Assembly (NCBI GenBank): GCA_964016885.1
Contig: OZ024743.1
Coordinates: 78,616,001-78,680,000 of the forward strand
DNA length: 64,000 bases
Source of the DNA: Eledone cirrhosa
Taxonomy: Eukaryota
Direction of reading: 5' to 3'
Shown: positions 41,186-56,379 of the stretch, one piece after another
Numbering within the stretch: the stretch's first letter is position 1
Layout: each line of letters opens with the position of its first letter
The notes under the pieces: generated by a model
Told to the model about the DNA's origin: nothing
Database searches by the model: none
What the model saw: only the letters and a program-made list of their open reading frames with translations
Made by a program: the position numbers and the translations under genes

Positions 41186-41761
41186 TGTGTGTGTGTGTGT
41201 GTCTGTGTGTATACATATATTAAAAAAAAAAATATATATATATATATGTAAATATTTATATATATATATATATGTAAATGTTTATATATATATATATATG
41301 TTTATATATATATAAACACACACATATACATATATATACATGTGTATGTATGTGTGGGTGTGTGTGCCACTAAAGGAATGTAAGTGCAAAAGATGTGCCC
41401 CCCCTCTCTATAAGCTGTTAGATTACTCTGACAGTCACCGTTTGTAAAGCATGTGTCATCATATCCATTATATAGGGGGGAGCTGGAGAGGTAGTATCTG
41501 TAGTGAAAGGAGTAGGAGATAGGAAGGAATCTATGGTGGAGGGCGTATGTGGGGTGTCTGGTGGGTAAGAGACGGGGGTAGTCGTGTGGCAAAGGGAAAG
41601 ATGTTTTGATTTTCACACACAAGATGAGGTCGAATGAAAAAGATGTACTTAGTTTAACTGTTTCTAGTCTTTTGCTGTTGTAAAATTACTTTCGTCATTT
41701 TGTATGATGAATAAGTTAGACATGTCTGTGCCTAAATATATGTCATATATCATCATCATTA

Positions 41762-42091
41762 TCTATAATCTATAATTATCTATAAAAGGCAGATTTTTGT
41801 GTCTGTATGTATGTTTCAATTTTATACATTTGCACAATTTCAAACCGATTCGACTGAATGTCTGTAAGAATGTTGTAAATGGTCTAACTTAGGTCAACGA
41901 CTATTTATTTATTTCAAACTCACCCACAATTACGGAAATAATCGATAAAACTAGTTACATGACGCTTTAACCCTCTAATAGAATCTGCTTACCTCTCTCT
42001 ACTCCCCTTAAAATTCGATAAAACTACATACATGCTGCAACTTTCTCTTATATACGCTTAAACTTACAAACTTCCTTTAGGAACGCCGAAG

Positions 42092-42182
<91 letters not shown>

Positions 42183-42771
42183 CGTTTGTTTTTGAGTGTG
42201 GACCGGTCAAACATTTATTTACTTCAATGACAACAAAGATTATTACATTTCATACGAAACAACAATTATTCAAAAGCAACAGATAAATTTATTCAACAAC
42301 AAAAAAACAGCGATAAATCTTTTTTAAAACATCTCTCAACGAACGTGGAAGAAAGAAGTATCAATTTATTTACTATACACAATAATATACTCTATGGGTT
42401 CAAACCTGCTAGAAACAACAGCTAACTCTCCCCCATATCTCACCCCTCCCTACTGTTTTAAATTTAGAAAACACACATTAGACAACCATGCAGAACAACT
42501 CCATCGCAGCTCTGTTGTTCGGCTGGCATCGTCTACGCGCGTGTTGCGCAAGTACTGTGAAACAATAAATTTCAACACTTCTTTGCACAGAGATAATATC
42601 CATAGGCGAAACTACAATTGTAACTGCTGGCGCAGCTCCTGCTTCGGCAGTCCAGGTCTGCAATTCATTCACCCAGTGCCTGGCAGACAAAAAAGTGCTG
42701 CCATAAAATGGGTGGTGCAACCTAACTTTGGTAACTTACTGACCCCGAGCAACGCCGGGCTTTAATGCTAG
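41762..42771 (+). mobile_element. Non-autonomous Helitron-like element
   Basis: a|TCtata..taaaag 5' end with short microsatellite; 3' hairpin cccgagcaacgccggg then CTAG|t. Confidence 0.75.
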
Positions 42772-43122
42772 TATATATATATATATATATATATATACGT
42801 CGAACTTTCTTTCCCCTCTTCCATATAAAGCGTGAAAAGATAAGAGGTTTTGTACTTCTGTTTGTTACACACACACACACACACACACATGCTTGCGCGC
42901 GTTTACAAGTATAGCTTTTTTTACAAAATGTTTTTTTTTCCATTTCAGGTAGACGCGCTACATCATCCACCTTTCTAAAAAAAACAAATCATACACAAAA
43001 CGCAAGCACCAACAGTTTTGCAGGAGATGTCAACATGAATGGACCTGTTATTTTTATCTAAAGACATTTTTTTCGAATTCTATCCAGCCCGTCAACCTCG
43101 ATCTAACTTATTTCTCATTCTT

Positions 43123-43158
43123 TCTTCTGATGAAGGACTAGCGTCCGAAATGTTAAGA
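43123..43158 (+). ncRNA. Minimal type I HHR (PLE-type)
   Basis: tctt-CTGATGA-a-ggac-tagc-gtcc-GAAA-tgTT-aaga; aatgtt is one transition from the palindrome aacgtt. Confidence 0.78.
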
Positions 43159-43239
43159 CCCTCTTCCTGCTATATCAAGCGTTAACCTAATATATCCCTT
43201 CCATATACTGTACCGGTTGTGTTATTTCTGTTTAACTTT

Positions 43240-43293
<54 letters not shown>

Positions 43294-43329
43294 AATACAC
43301 ACACACATACACACACACACACACACATA

Positions 43330-43432
<103 letters not shown>

Positions 43433-43708
43433 GCCGAGTTATATTGGGGGGTAACCACAATAAATAAGGTACTTAATTTATTAGTAGAGTGTAAAATTCA
43501 ATATTTAATATAGAAGTGGCTTCTAGAGGACTAGAACTGTTTCATTCGTATGAATCATTCCTGGTGATTTCGTCCTGTGTCTACCTGTTTTGTTGTGTCC
43601 CAATTTACACAGGAATGACCAGTAACAACTATGATGTACTGAAACTATAATGATTTCCAAGGGTCGACTGAGAAGAACTGACCATTTTTCAGTTTTTTTC
43701 TCTGTTGT

Positions 43709-43762
<54 letters not shown>

Positions 43763-44268
43763 ATAATAAGCACCCATATATAGTTGACGAACCCAGCATA
43801 TTTATCAATGCCAGGACCGGTTGTATCTCAGCGTACTCAATAGGCAATGTAAGATACATTCCCAGATTATACACATAGTTATTTGCTTCAACAAAACACA
43901 CGTAAAACGGGTGCCTATAATGGTTCCCGGACTCGAGTTTCTGTCGCACTAATGCACCAGTAAGGTGCACTGCACCATCCGTCTGCATATATTGTGCAAC
44001 AATGCATAATCGGCTTGTGTTGCTTCATCAGCGGGTATCGCCTAATCAATAACCAATCGATTGACAGAATCCGAACACCAGTCCAAACCAGTCATGACTG
44101 TTTGTGACGACTGACACGGTAAAGCGATTAGCAACTGGCACCCGATACGATTCTATCTCTCAACTAGCCACCGATTTACACATTTTACGTGGGGACGGGA
44201 AGCTAAAGAATCAATCTTTTTGCTCCCGTCAAAAGCTCTCAGCCAACGTATATATATATATATTTTTT

Positions 44269-44309
<41 letters not shown>

Positions 44310-44576
44310 TTATTTATTAAAATAACAGATTAAAGTTTAAGCAAAGAATCGCTGCTTTCACCCTTAACGGGATCTTCTTTATTATTATTACAATTAATAT
44401 ATATATATATATATATATATAAGTTTGTCCCGGGTTCAATCGGGGGTAACCACAGTAAGTAAGGCACTCAATACAAAGCAGAGTATAAATATTTAATATA
44501 GAGAGGCTTCTACAGGACTAGAACTGTTTCATTCGGGAGAAATCATGATATATACATACATATATATATATACATA

Positions 44577-45000
44577 TCTAATATATAAAGTGAAGTTGGG
44601 CGTTGTTTGTTTGTTTGGTGTCCCGAACTTTTAGTCTACACCGTTCATCCGATTTTCATGAAACTTGACACATATATAAAACTCGACCTGTAGATTGGAA
44701 TAGTCTACTTGAAATTTTCGAAAATTCGATAATCGGGCCCCCAGATGCCAAACATCGTCCGATTTCGATGAAACTCGACGCAAGTGTGTATTTTGATCCG
44801 TGGATGAACGTGGGCTACATAAAATTATCGAAAAACCGATAATTGGATCACCAGAATCAAAAATCAATATTTTCAGAATTCGTCCGATTTCAATGAAATT
44901 TGATATTACCACAATAATAGATCAATAAGGAGTTACTCCAAGGCTGCAAAAATTCAGAAAGTTTTTTTAAACTCATAAATCATGCGTTAAATGAGACCTT
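44577..45000 (+). mobile_element. Helitron-like 5' end; 3' boundary unclear
   Basis: a|TCtaatatataaag followed by (gttt)n and ccgattttcatgaaa-type motifs like the other two Helitron-like copies. Confidence 0.5.
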
Positions 45001-46033
45001 TAAGAGTTAGGGCAGACAATTATTCATAGTTTAATTATCAATAGCGTAATATATTCTACCCTGGGACCAATTCTCCTTAAAGCATCTCTTCGCGCATGCC
45101 GTTATCTATCAGCTTCATTGAGCAATACCATCCGGCAACTGAAAAACGCCATTCTTCTTGCTTCCATTTGTCGCGACTCCCAATATGCAAAAAATGTTCA
45201 ATCTATCAGGATTATCCACCGTAAGTTTCTTTAAATTAACGCTCACCATATTCAGCAAACCTTTTATGCCGATTCTTCCATTTCTTATATAAGGACTATC
45301 AAGACTATACCGACGCGCATCATCCTGTATTGCGCCCAGTCTTCTCAAGCGATCATCGAGCCTCCGTGCGCTCTCTTCATTCCCGTGGTCCCACTACCGT
45401 AGCATAATGAGGCATCCGTCAACCCCTGCCCTCTCCATTCCCTGCACGCCGTCGGCCCATGCATCGTTGTGCATAACCATGCGCATCTCTGCCTTGTCAG
45501 CTGCAATTCATTCCCCGGCCCTTTCCATTGCCTGCCCTCCGTGGCCCCTAAGGACTGCCATGGCTCAACATGCCGAATCCCTGCCACCGTCCACCCCTGC
45601 CCTCTCCCTTCCCTGCACGCCGTCCCATTGCATCGCCATGCCTCACCATGCCGCATTACTGCCCTGTCGGCCACCATCCCCTCCTCAGCCCTTTCTTTTG
45701 CCTGCCTGCTGTGCTCCTGCCTTTCACACGGTTTTCTCAAACAATCATCATGCCTCCCGGTGCTCTCTACATTCCCGAGGTGCAACTCAATTGGCATGCC
45801 GCATCCACACCCTGTCAGCCGCCATCCACTGCCGACCCTTTCCACTGCCTAGGCATGGCAGTCTTGAGGGATCAAGTCGCATCCCTGCCACCGTCAACCC
45901 CTGCACTCTCCGTTCCGTGCACGCCGTCGTCCCACTGCATCGTTATGCATCACCATGCCGCATCAATGCTCTGTCAGCCGCCATCACCCCCCCCCCACGG
46001 CCCTTTCTTTTACCTGCCCGCATGAAATGTCTT

Positions 46034-46303
46034 TACTGCTACGATAAACTAGCACCGGGTCGTCCAAGCGTGACACACCCCACAGAACCCTCCAATACTG
46101 CTACGATAAACTAGCACCGGGTCGTCCAAGCGTGACACACCCCACAGAACCCTCCAATACTGCTACGATAAACTAGCGCCGGGTCGTCCAAGCGTGACAC
46201 ACCCCACAGAACCCTCCAATACTGCTACGATAAACTAGCGCCGGGTCGTCCAAGCGTGACACACCCCACAGAACCCTCCAATACTGCTACGATAAACTAG
46301 CAC
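46034..46303. repeat. 62-bp tandem repeat x4.3, nearly identical copies
   Basis: ctgctacgataaactagcaccgggtcgtccaagcgtgacacaccccacagaaccctccaata starts at 46036, 46098, 46160, 46222, 46284. Confidence 0.97.
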
Positions 46304-46304
46304 A

Positions 46305-46618
46305 CTCGCATCTCATAACAACAATACAACACAATTATTTCACCTCAATTAATCCTGCTCTCTTTAACATTATCCCAAAACACATTAAAACAGAAACAGA
46401 CCCCATAAAATAAAAAAAAAAACTCTTTGAAACAATTCCTTCAAGAAATCCCGGATAATTCTCCTACACCCGGATATGTCTCCGTAAACAATAACTCTCT
46501 ACTGGAGTTGGCCATGGTGCCCAAATGCTGATTTGAAAGACTTCGCCAAGTGGTGATATTAAGTTAGACATGGCCTGGGCCAATACTGGCCGAAACCTAT
46601 CAAAGTTATCAAAGTTAT
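46305..46618 (+). mobile_element. CR1-like 3' end, same family as 29000-29903
   Basis: Matches 29614-29903 including the atcaaagtt tail. Confidence 0.88.
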
Positions 46619-46882
46619 ATATATATATATATTTATTATCCCCCCCCCTTTTTTTTCCTCCAGCCTCACTTTCATATCTGTTATATTTTTGTTTTTCAAA
46701 TCCACTGTCAATAAAGAGACCAGGATTTTTTTCATTCTGATGAATGAAAGCAATTTTGGTTGCTTTCAAGAAACCACTGGTAAATGAAATAATTATCTTA
46801 TGTTGTTTATTACATAACTAATAAGCTCTGTAATTCACATAGATCACTCTTTTTTCCTGGACCTTTCCGACGGAATTACTTC

Positions 46883-47622
<740 letters not shown>

Positions 47623-47638
47623 ATATATATATATATAC

Positions 47639-47774
<136 letters not shown>

Positions 47775-47871
47775 ACATACTCGCACACACACACATAACA
47801 CCCATATACACACACACAACTCCCTCCCCCATTTCTACTAATAGAATCATCTTCCAATACACACACACACA

Positions 47872-48490
47872 CAAGCACACAAATAAACATACATATCTTT
47901 ACTTCAATAGAAAATCTGAACTCTGACACCCCAGCGAACTAACCATATTCACTGAACCAGAACAATTCTCCCAATCCCATTTCTCTTGACCACTATCTTT
48001 CCCTTGTCATAACATTCTCTATAAAGGCTACAGAATAGATTTCCAAATAAGGGCGCGAAAATGTAATGAAAACTTGTTCACGTGACAGCCATAATTTCAT
48101 TTATAACCAATCAAATCACGTTTATTAAAAAAAAGCATTCGTGAGCCACCGTTTTTTTAAGTAAAGAAATTCAAACACACACACACACAACACACACACA
48201 CACGCACACACACACAAGCACACAAATAAACATACATATCTTTACTTTCTGTATTCAATAGAAAATCTGAATTCTGACACCCCAGCGAACTAACCATATT
48301 CACTGAACCAGAACAATTCTCCCTCCCTTTCTCTTGACCATTATCTTTCACTTATCATAAAATTCTCTAAAAAGGCTACAGAATGGATTTCCAAATAAGG
48401 GCACGAAAATGTAATGAAAACTTGTTCACGTGACAGCCATAATTTCATTTATAACCAACCAAGAAAAAGCCTTCGTGAGCCCCTTTTTTC
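47872..48490. repeat. Tandem duplication, period about 343 bp
   Basis: caagcacacaaataaacatacatatc...ttcgtgagcc occurs twice. Confidence 0.9.
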
Positions 48491-48894
48491 AAGTAAAAAG
48501 AAATTCAAACTCTCATATATGAAAAAACAACCTGTGACAACCCCCCTCTTATTTGAAGAACTATTGTAACGCGAACTGGCGAGAAATTTATTATAATTAT
48601 TGACAAACCAATCAAATTACTTCTCGAAAAACCTGGCATTTCGAGCCACTTTTTCCATATAAAACAAGTAACATTCAGAGACCAACCAGATGTGAGAAAA
48701 ACCACAGACCCTCCATCTCAACTCACCTTTTGAAAAGCAGAAGAACTGCGAAACCGGTAAAGGAACCAAATAAATATATATATTTAAAAAAAAAAAAAGA
48801 CTCCAGTTGCATTTTCGATTTCATCGCTTTTTCTTTATACTTTCACTCGTGTAGGACACCTCGGTTATTTTTCAATTTGTAAAAAAAACCTCAC

Positions 48895-48955
<61 letters not shown>

Positions 48956-49044
48956 ATATGAAAAAGTATGACTCCGACGGCAGAGCTCAAGCCGTTTCGA
49001 CGGCTTGAGTTGAAAATTGCAAACTTGACTGTCACTACAGAATA

Positions 49045-49083
49045 TGAACCTGAAGATTGCGAAAGCATGAAAGTACCTCTTCA
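49045..49083 (+). ncRNA. Minimal HHR motif
   Basis: tgaac-CTGAAGA-ttgc-gaaa-gcat-GAAAg-tac-CTC-ttca; stem I offset by one base. Confidence 0.6.
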
Positions 49084-49281
49084 ATTAACACTTAACATTT
49101 AATATTCTACCATACTATTTCATTCTAATACCATTATAAATTTTAAAGGATTGTAAATAAAACGAGTAAATCAGACAAAGTTGGAATTCCTTTTATTAAT
49201 ACATATATATATATATATGAAATTCCTTTTATTAATATATATATATATAACTGCCTCTCTGTTTTGTTCCCGTTCAATTTT

Positions 49282-49356
<75 letters not shown>

Positions 49357-49357
<1 letters not shown>

Positions 49358-49984
49358 CTTTATTTAGCTATTGCTCGCACCAACTGGAGGTATATGATTT
49401 GTAAAGCGATGAAATACCAATGAAGGTTGGAAAATCACTGATGAAGAACTATTTTTATCATATGTAACCCATGTGCAACCATGTTTTATATATATATTTT
49501 CCCCAGCTGCGTTTGTCTGTTTCTCTCTTACCGCTTCCCCCTCTCTCTGTTTCTCTCACCTTCTTTCGCCCCCTCTGTCAGTTACACTTTCTCTCGACTG
49601 GCCTCTTCCTCGCACTTCCACTCACTCACTCTCTGCTTCTCCCCTTCTCATTTTCTCCCGTTTGGCCTGAAGTGGGGTCCTTTCTTGCTCACACCTCACT
49701 CGGGTCGCACGATCTGTGTCTCTCGCTCATGAAATCCACACAGTTTAAGCTGATCGGACTCCCATGTGCTTGGTTTTTCCTATCTTTGCGTTGCAATCCT
49801 TCTATGTTTCTTTACTTGTCTCGCTCGCTTTACGCGATTTACTTGTCCCAATAGCTTTATTTAGCTATAGCTCGCACCAACTGAAGGTATATGATTTTTA
49901 AAGCGATGAAATACCAATGAAGGTTGGAAAATCACTGATGAAGGACTATTTTTATCATGCAACCACGCAGTATTCATTCTTCTC

Positions 49985-49990
<6 letters not shown>
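49357..49990 (+). mobile_element. Unclassified repeat with its 3' end duplicated upstream (49357-49490 matches 49853-49990)
   Basis: Partial-tandem arrangement in (TA)n; homologues at 33213-33670 and 57176-57265. Confidence 0.8.
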
Positions 49991-50064
<74 letters not shown>

Positions 50065-50243
50065 GGGAATTAAGGTTCTATACAAAACAGTGGTTATAGA
50101 GAAAAGGTGAAGTTGGAAGCCGCACGGAAAATATATTTTAGGGTCTGTTTTTATTTTTCCTTTTTTTGATTCGTCAAAGTGACATTATTGAAAAAGTGAG
50201 AGGGATTATTCTTTTAAGAAAGAGTTTTATAATGTATATACAG

Positions 50244-50287
50244 TATTACCGGTTTCGATGTAATAATAAAATTCATCTAATCAAATG
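50244..50287 (-). ncRNA. Decayed minimal HHR within a small IR (50207-50254 / 50452-50500)
   Basis: Minus strand: cat-ttgatta-gatg..catc-GAAAC-cg-GTA-ata; palindromic accggt. Confidence 0.5.
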
Positions 50288-50385
50288 TTGAGTATTACAA
50301 TTAAAAAGAATTAATAAGCATTAAAAACTAATAATTAGAAATTCAAAATTAAGAGGTAAGTTTTTTCACTGTACTTGCTAAGAAG

Positions 50386-50453
<68 letters not shown>

Positions 50454-50512
50454 CCGGTAATACTTTATATACATTATAAAACACTTTCTTAAAAGAATTA
50501 TAAAGTATATAT

Positions 50513-50549
<37 letters not shown>

Positions 50550-50579
50550 TTTTATTTTCCTCGTACACTTTTTTCGCAG

Positions 50580-50765
50580 CACTGATTTTCATTCCAGCCA
50601 TGCAACACTCGGCAAAAACCTATCAAGTGCAAATCGGAGATCACCTTCTGTCGAGGTAAGTAACACCATGTCGTCTGCAAATTCCAGCCGACAGATATTA
50701 CACCCACCAGTCATGATAGCACTCCAAACCCGGTTGTGTGTGTCAATCCTGTTCATGTAAATAAT
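50580..50765 (-). mobile_element. Non-LTR RT fragment
   Basis: IYMNRI...LEFADDMVLL...DL..ALDRF / AGMKISAAK. Confidence 0.75.
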
Positions 50766-50787
50766 ATTGTTTGAGAGTCGGAGTTTA

Positions 50788-51092
50788 TCTATATATATAA
50801 AACTGAGGATGTCTGTCTGTGTGTGTGTGTGAGTTTGAATCCATAAAGCTCGAGAAGCCCCTAACCGACTGTTTTCAAACTTTACACATGTAATACTTAT
50901 GTTTCAGGGAGTGTTCTGAGCAAAAGAAAATGTCAAACTTTCAATGCCCTAGGGACCGCATTAGGCGATTTAGCGATCTCGCTCTATAATTCTTAGTCTT
51001 TCTCTTTTTAGATAGATACATACATATAACCTCGCGCCCTTATAATATCTGTCTGTATGTCTGAATGTCTGAATTACGTGACTTCCCTGAGG

Positions 51093-51181
<89 letters not shown>

Positions 51182-51775
51182 TTTGAATCCCTAAAACTCG
51201 AGAAGTACTCAACCGACTTTTTTCAAATTTTACATGTGTAATACTTATGTTTCAGGGAATGTTATGCACATAAAAAATTCAACTTTTTGATCCCCTAAGG
51301 CCCGCATTAGGTGAAAAACTGCGCTTTTTCAGGATTTTAGTTTTTTTTTTAGGCGTTACATCAGACTGATTTCCTTGAAATTGTAACTATGTATTAGTCA
51401 GTCTCTTCTTCATACCGTGAGGAAAGAAAATCCAACTTTTTTATGGCCTAGGGCCCGCATTAGGGGAACAACTTCATTTTTTCAGCTTTTTAAGGTTTTT
51501 TTTAGGCATTACATCTAGCCGATTTTCCCGAAATTTCAAGGCATACTATGCACATAAAAAAAATCATTTTCTTGATCCCCTAGGGCCCGCATTAGGTGAA
51601 AACCTGCATTTTTCATGCTTCATCGAGCAAAATGTTAAAGATTATCCAGCCATCAGAGTATTCGGTTTATTTTCTTTACATATTGTCCAGGCATGCAGTT
51701 TTTACACGATTAGGTCTGTTGGCGGCCCGCGTTCCAAATTACCTTATCCCGTGCAACAGCGGGTACCACTGCTAG
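50788..51775 (+). mobile_element. Non-autonomous Helitron-like element with internal subrepeats
   Basis: a|TCtatatatataaaa; 3' cccgtgcaacagcggg..CTAG|t; duplicated 5' block and four cctagggcccgcattagg-like motifs. Confidence 0.8.
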
Positions 51776-51879
51776 TATAATATAAAAATATCACTAGCCA
51801 CACAGAGTCGTTTATCTTACTGGCCAACGACTGTGACATCTCTGAGTAATAGGTTTGTATGTCTAAAGTACAAACATTA

Positions 51880-51975
51880 TTAACTTTGCCTTTCATCCTT
51901 ACGGGGTCGATAAAATAAAGTACCAGTAATGTATTGGGTGATTGGTGGCCTTGTGCCAATAGTTGAAACAATTAT
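51880..51975 (+). mobile_element. OK-like SINE 3' half
   Basis: aactttgcctttcatccttacggggtcgataaaataaagtaccagt. Confidence 0.8.
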
Positions 51976-52959
51976 TACATCAAAAAATTATTATATCATT
52001 GAGTGGGTACGTCACAGTCGGACTCTTCCGATTCTCTTTGACTAGCATCGTAAACCAATATTTATATATATGTATGTATACATATATATATATGTATACA
52101 TATATATAAAGACACCCACTATCCCACATACATGTATATATGAATATATTTAAATATAACACACACGCCCCCCCCCCCATATATATATATATATAGCTTA
52201 CAGATTTAGAAGGGACCTAGACAAGCTCAAATTAAATATTAAAATAGTTGAAAGACCAGGTATTCCTATAAAAACCATAATTAGTAAAACAAATCAATTA
52301 CAAACAACCCCCTGCACTGATAGAAACGCATAGTCTGCAAGCTAAGCCCACAAGATGACTGCAAAACTAAGATTGTAGTATATAGCATAAGATGTACTGA
52401 GGAACAGTGTAAGAATAAGAATATAACATACATAGGTGAACAGCCTGTAGCATAGGAGAAAGGCGAGAACTCCAGAATGGGAAAAACTCATCAGTAATCC
52501 ACCAACATGCCAAAATAGAACATAGGGTCACATTAGAGAACGTAGAGATAAAAATTATATCCACACACAGAAAAGAATGAAAGGTCAGACAAATCACAGA
52601 GGCAACAAATATAAACGAATTCCAACTAAAATTAAACAGAAAACATGAGTGGAATAGCAACATCACAACTAGTAATTAAGGACAAAATGAAGACATACAC
52701 ACACACACACAAACCAAACTAACAAATCAAATCAGACACACACAGATAGAACAAACAACCAACTAGTCACAAGTAAATAAACACATAATTAAATAAATAG
52801 AAACACACATACACACCCGGATGTAACGCATGTGCAGACTAAGCACATAGCACACAACACGCAAAAACAAGATAGTGTAGGACAGAACAAAGGAGAGACA
52901 CAAAATAAAAACCCAGTCACTGAGGAGGTCACAGAATGTGTGACAAAAGAGCTTTGACA

Positions 52960-53345
52960 ATATATAAACAACCATCCGGTTATTGAACCAAACAACGAAC
53001 CGGAAATGTATAAAAAATTGTTTATATGATGTAGCTTAACGGTTCGACAAAAAATAATCGATAGAATAGGTACAAAACTTGGTATAAAAAAGTAATAGGA
53101 TCGAGATGATTGAGTAAAATCCACTTTAGATAGTGCCCCAGCATGGCCATAGTCTAATGACTGAAAATAATAAAAGGCATAAAAAATGTGATGCTGCAGC
53201 ATGGCCACAGTCTAATGGCTGAAACCAGTAACAGAATGTGGTGCCCCAGCATGGCCACAGTCTAATGAGTGAAACCAGTAACAGAATGTGGTGCCCCAGC
53301 ATGACCACAGTCTAATGACTGAAACCATTAAAATAATAAAAGTGT
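52960..53345 (+). mobile_element. Octopus-type SINE remnant with tandemly repeated 3' tail
   Basis: gtgccccagcatggccacagtctaatgactgaaac occurs four times. Confidence 0.7.
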
Positions 53346-54039
53346 AAAATAATATATATGTTTTCAAAGAAATCAATGTTGAAATTGAGAAGTGATGTTT
53401 GAAGTTGTAGTGCGCATGACTAAACTTAGAGTCGAGAGTGTATTGAAGAGTTATGTCAAGTAGAAAAATGTTTTATTGAGAACATTTTTCAAGTAATTGG
53501 AAATTTATTTTAGTGGAAAAAAGGAACTAAATAAAATAAAATAATATTAAGAAAAGGTTACGTGAAAAGTAGAGAAGACAATTTTATAAAACAGAGTTGT
53601 ATTAAATAAGATTTTAAAATTAATTTATTTGATTATATATTTATTTAGATATTTGATAAAAACGAAGGGTTTTAAAAAAATGTATCTTAATAAATGTCCT
53701 ATTTTAGTGGGGTGAGTGAGGGTAATATCTTTTTTTATTTATTTAATAAACGAAGGTATTTTAAAAATGTTTTAACATACCTTTCTCTTTGAGCGGCGAG
53801 CTAGGAATGTGAGTATTATCCTTTTGGAGTGAGAAGAGGGGGTACTATCTTTTGGAATTGGGGTGAGTATTATCTTGTTTTGAGTATTGGGTGAGTATTA
53901 TCTTTTTAGTTTTGCTTTAATGAAATAAACTAAAATATTGACCTATGTGAACACCTGTGGTGTCCGTTGTTATTAGCTAGAGAAGTTTCATAGATACACA
54001 GAAGAATTAAAGAATCGGCATTTGTTCCGCCATTTTTAC

Positions 54040-54380
54040 ATTCTCTCTTCAAATCCTGCCATGGTCAACTTTCATAAATCCGGGGTCGATAAAATAGAGT
54101 ACCAGTAATACACTGGGTTCGATCTAATCGACTTTCCCCATCTCCTCACATTGCTGTCCTTGTGCCTTTATTGAAACTATTATTATAAATGGCGGTGGTT
54201 TGGTAGTATCGGTAGAAGGTTGGACGCCATGCTTTGCAGCATAGAGTTACGGCCCTTTACAGTCTGAGTTCAATTCCTGCCGAGGTCAACTCTGCCTTTC
54301 ATCCTTACGGGGTCGATAAAATAAGTACGAGTAATGCACTGGGTAATTGCTGGCCTTGTGCCAAAAGTAGAAACAATTAT
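54040..54380 (+). mobile_element. Two adjacent OK-like SINEs (about 54040-54180 and 54190-54380)
   Basis: A/B boxes tggtagtatcggtaga and gagttcaattcc plus the family body. Confidence 0.82.
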
Positions 54381-55024
54381 TATAAGTGAAAGAAAGCGGG
54401 TTGTTTAGTAGTGAGGGGTGTCGGGTTCACGGACATTATCTCGTGGGTTCAATTCTCCGACCGGGTGACATGTTGGCCACTTCAGCAGAGCAATTCCTTT
54501 CCCATTGTTCCAGTTCATTCTTTTGACTACCAGCAGTTGGGAGTTAGCCCTGTAACTGACTGGAGGCCTATCCCAGGGCAGTCTTGTACTTTCAGTCGTT
54601 AAACATCCATGAAACCAGAAAAAACTCTAGGCTTCATCCAACACATGTGAAGTATAGAAAATTGTACTTAAAACAATAACTTTAACAATCAACCGTTTGT
54701 AGGTAATTTACGTCATACAACTCATTGCCTGGCTGTCTGTCTCAGTTTCACTCTCTCCTTCTCTCTATCCCCCTCTCTCTCTGTCTGTCTTCCTGCACCC
54801 ACCTCCTTCTCACTCTCTTTCAGTCTCCCCCCTCTCTCTTACAACACTCTCATTCTCTCCCAGACACCCTCTCTTTGAATTTCTCTTCTGTCCCACTCCC
54901 TCTCTCACTGACTCACCATTCACTCTCTCTCACTCCCCCACCCCTCTAATTCTCTCTTTTCCTTCTTTCCTTCCATCTTACAGGTGACGTTCTATTTAAC
55001 TGTCTTGTAATTTTCTTTCATGAA

Positions 55025-56320
55025 CAAACAGAAACCAAACTGAAACAAAACTTAAACCAAACAGATATCAAACTGAAACCAAACTGAAACCAAACAGAAA
55101 CCAAACAGATACCAAACTGAAACCTAACTGAAACCAAACTGAAACCAAACTGAAACCAAACAGATACCTAACTTAAACCAACCTGAAACCAAACTGAAAC
55201 CAAACAGATACCAAACTGAAACCAAACAGATATCAAACTGAAACCAAACTGAAACCAAACTGAAGCAAAACTGAAACCAAACTGAAACCAAACAGATACC
55301 AAACCGAAAACAAACTGAAACCAAACAGATACCAAACTGAAACCAAACTGAAACCAAACTGAAACCAAACAGATACCAAACTGAAACCAAACTGATACCA
55401 AACTGAAACCATACTGAAACCAAACAGAAACCAAACTGAAACCAAATTGAAACCAAACTGAAACCAAACAGATACCAAACTGAAACCAAACAGATATCAA
55501 ACTGAAACCAAACCGAAACCAAACTGAAACCAAACTGAAACCAAACAGATACTAAACTGAAACCAAACTGAAACCAAACAGATACCAAACTGAAACCCAA
55601 CTGAAACCAAACTGAAACCAAACAGAAACCAAACTGACACCAAACAGAAACCAAACTGACACCAAACAGATACCAAACTGAAACCAAACTGAAACCAAAC
55701 TGAAATCAAACTGAAACCAAACAGATACCAAACAGAAACCAAACTGAAACCAAAGAAGATACCAAACTGAAACCAAACTGAAACCAAACTGAAACCAAAC
55801 AGATACCAAACTGAAACCAAACTGAAACCAAACAGATACCAAACTGAAACCAAACTGAAACCAAACAGAAACCAAACAGATACCAAACTGAAACCAAACT
55901 GAAACCAAACTGAAACCAAACTGAAACCAAACAGATACCTAACTTAAACCAAACTGAAACCAAACTGAAACCAAACAGATACCAAACAGAAACCAACCTA
56001 AAATGAAACTGAAACCAAACTGAAACCAAACTGAAACCAAACAGATACCAAACTGAAACCAAACAGATATCAAACTGAAACCAAACTGAAACCAAACTGA
56101 AACCAAACTGAAACCAAACAGAAACCAAACTGAAACCAAACTGAAACCAAACAGATACCAAACTGAAACCAAACAGAAACCAAACACATACCAAACTGAA
56201 ACCAAACTAAAACCAAATTAAAACCAAATTAAAGCTAAATTAAAACCAAACTGGAATCAAACTAAAACCAAACCGAATCCAAATTAAAACCAAATTGAAA
56301 CCAAACCGAAACCAAATTGT
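55025..56320. repeat. 11-bp satellite (aaactgaaacc / aaacagatacc)
   Basis: Directly visible, more than 100 units. Confidence 0.97.
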
Positions 56321-56379
56321 TGCCAATGGAAACACACAAAAGTCTTCACTGGAACATTGAATAGTTCCTGTTTAACGTA

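Noticed and set aside
41370-41640. Possible decayed PLE endonuclease fragment on the minus strand
   Set aside because: Motifs too degenerate to support
44005-44040. CTGATGA on the minus strand as an HHR
   Set aside because: No GAAA after the putative stem II and no closing stem I
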